From assembly GCA_963727525.1 (NCBI GenBank), contig CAVSGO010000007.1, forward strand, positions 1,408,001 through 1,472,000: a stretch of 64,000 bases of DNA, read 5' to 3'. The first letter of the stretch is position 1. The number at the start of each line of letters is the position of its first letter. Below, piece by piece: positions 62,517 through 64,000 of the stretch. The notes under the pieces are model-generated. The model saw only the letters and a program-made list of their open reading frames with translations. It was not told the origin of the DNA and did no database searches. The DNA is from an uncultured bacterium. GTDB taxonomy: Bacteria; Krumholzibacteriota; Krumholzibacteriia; LZORAL124-64-63. The position numbers were made by a program, and so were the translations under genes.

Positions 62517-63569
62517 CTAGGACGAGAGCGCCAGCGGGCGGTAGATGTCCATCTTCCTCTTCGCAGCGGCGTACGTCTGGTCCATGGCGTAGGCCTGCTT
62601 GAAGAAGTCGTACGCCTTTGCGTACTCGTAGTGGTCGACGTAGTAGAGGCCCTTGGAGTAGAGCGTCGCGGCGTCCAGGTTCTCGCTGCCGTTGGTGTCG
62701 ATCACGGTCTTGGCGGCGGGCGAGATGGCCACGTCCAGCTTATCCGCCAGCTTCTTGACCAGGTCTTCCTCCATCGCGAAGAAGTCGGGTTTGCCCTTCT
62801 CCTCGGCGGTGGCGAGGATCTCCGACGTTTCCACCTTCACGGCCTTCACCATCATGCGGGCCGTCTTCCCATCGAGTTGCATGATGCTCCCGAACACCAT
62901 GATCTGGGCGCCGAGCAGTTTCCCGGCTTTGACGGCCGTGGCCTCGTCGACCATGCCTTCCTGCGACATCATGATCTCCTTCAGCACGAAGTCGATCTTG
63001 TCGCGCTCGACCACCTTGAGATCATCGAGGGCGCGGAAGTCGGACTCGAACGCGTCGCTCAGCCCCTTGGCGAGGAATCCGAGCTCTTCCTGGTACTTGC
63101 CGGTCGAGTAGTTATCGAACTCCATGATCGCGATGGTCCGCACCTGCGGCGACTCCGTGCTTTGGCAGGTCAGTGCGTCGTTGTCCTTGAGGATGGTGTA
63201 CCACTGCTCCCGCAGCGGCTTGACCCAGAAACTCGACGGCAGTTCATCGCGGCAGGGGCCGAGTTCGCGGATCTTCTCGAGATAGGCCCGCGCCTGCCCG
63301 AGGTGCTCGGCGCCCATCGAGTACTGGATCGTGCTCATCGCGGCATAGGCACCGATGCGATCCTCCTTCGAGAGGTCGTCTTGCTTCAGGAGCTGTGCGA
63401 CCATCGCCTGGCTCTTCTCGAGGTCGCCGTCGAAGCACACCTGCAGCGCCGCCGCGACCCGCTCCGAAATCGATTCGCCTGCCTGCGCCGGGCTCGCGGC
63501 CATCAGCATCAGGACCATTGGCACCGCCATCGCCGCCAGATAGGTCATCGCGCGTTTCGTTGTTCTCAT
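62517..63569 (-). CDS. Exported CsgG/HfaB-like domain protein with TPR-like helices
   Basis: Signal AQA-G; IAIMEFDN, LKVVERDKI..VLKE, TAVKAGKLLGAQIMVFGS, VKVETSEI. Confidence 0.85.
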   Translation of the reverse strand: MRTTKRAMTYLAAMAVPMVLMLMAASPAQAGESISERVAAALQVCFDGDLEKSQAMVAQLLKQDDLSKEDRIGAYAAMSTIQYSMGAEHLGQARAYLEKIRELGPCRDELPSSFWVKPLREQWYTILKDNDALTCQSTESPQVRTIAIMEFDNYSTGKYQEELGFLAKGLSDAFESDFRALDDLKVVERDKIDFVLKEIMMSQEGMVDEATAVKAGKLLGAQIMVFGSIMQLDGKTARMMVKAVKVETSEILATAEEKGKPDFFAMEEDLVKKLADKLDVAISPAAKTVIDTNGSENLDAATLYSKGLYYVDHYEYAKAYDFFKQAYAMDQTYAAAKRKMDIYRPLALSS

Positions 63570-63625
63570 GCTCGGCTCCCGCGTTGGAATCCCGTGCGAT
63601 CTCATCACGCATCGTCGCCGACCCG

Positions 63626-64000
63626 TCACTTCCGCGCAAGCGGAACCTTGACGGCGGAATCCATGTCCTTGCTCACGATAACGTCGATCTCGCCGCGCCA
63701 CTGCTCCCCGTCGATGTCCGCCCTGACGGCGAAGGTGTGCTTGCCGGGGCGAAGCTGGACGCGACTCGGCGTCAGCGAGCCGATCGCCTTGCCATCGATC
63801 GAGATATGGGCGCCCGGGATGCCCTGGCCCCCGAAGAGTGCCACGACGGTGACCGGGACCGGACTCACGTCCTCTCCCTGGTCGCCTTCCGAACGGTCCT
63901 GTGACGGTCTGTCGAACGTGAGCCGCCCGAGCTTGCCGGCGACCAGGGTGACGTTCCGTGTGTCCGTGGCCGCCGGGTGGCCGAGATAGCGTACCGAGAC
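63626..64000 (-). CDS. PEGA-domain protein, 3' part only (runs off window)
   Basis: Open frame from window edge; PGAHISIDGKAIGSLTP...LRPGKHTF PEGA-like motif. Confidence 0.7.
   Translation of the reverse strand, partial: VSVRYLGHPAATDTRNVTLVAGKLGRLTFDRPSQDRSEGDQGEDVSPVPVTVVALFGGQGIPGAHISIDGKAIGSLTPSRVQLRPGKHTFAVRADIDGEQWRGEIDVIVSKDMDSAVKVPLARK

Noticed and set aside
61174-63569. Curli biogenesis operon
   Set aside because: CsgG-like domains only; no csgA/B/E/F-like genes in the window.

Overview
GC-rich (roughly 70% by eye), gene-dense bacterial chromosome segment with about 53 CDS. I recognised no rRNA, tRNA, CRISPR array or transposase/integrase. Lipoproteins, outer-membrane beta-barrels and secreted proteins with FlgD-Ig C-termini point to a diderm FCB-related lineage such as Krumholzibacteriota/Latescibacterota (inference). 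The first 48 kb is mostly housekeeping and accessory metabolism: hutU-thyX, a carbamoyltransferase/SxtJ/DUF5989/SGNH cluster, malQ, peptidoglycan recycling (namZ and a fused murU-amgK), proteases, a YtrA GntR-ABC operon with a palindromic operator, transporters and a TPR-CHAT protease. Main highlights: (1) 52.5-58.1 kb carries a T6SS spike/toxin accessory kit (DUF6484-like, TIGR02270-like, DUF2169, thiolase-like, stand-alone PIPY/DUF4150, AHH nuclease, Imm11-like) with no VgrG/Hcp/Tss genes in the window, directly downstream of a PEGA-CsgG-CsgG-barrel-lipoprotein operon; (2) two tandem arrays of duplicated gene ends with stop codons (49733-49780, 52981-53019) next to a truncated alpha-2-macroglobulin gene; (3) a small candidate selenoprotein (MWDG-U-GCKIDYFG) with a SECIS-like hairpin; (4) a homopolymer frameshift in a beta-barrel gene. 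Family assignments come from recognising motifs by eye; no database search was run.
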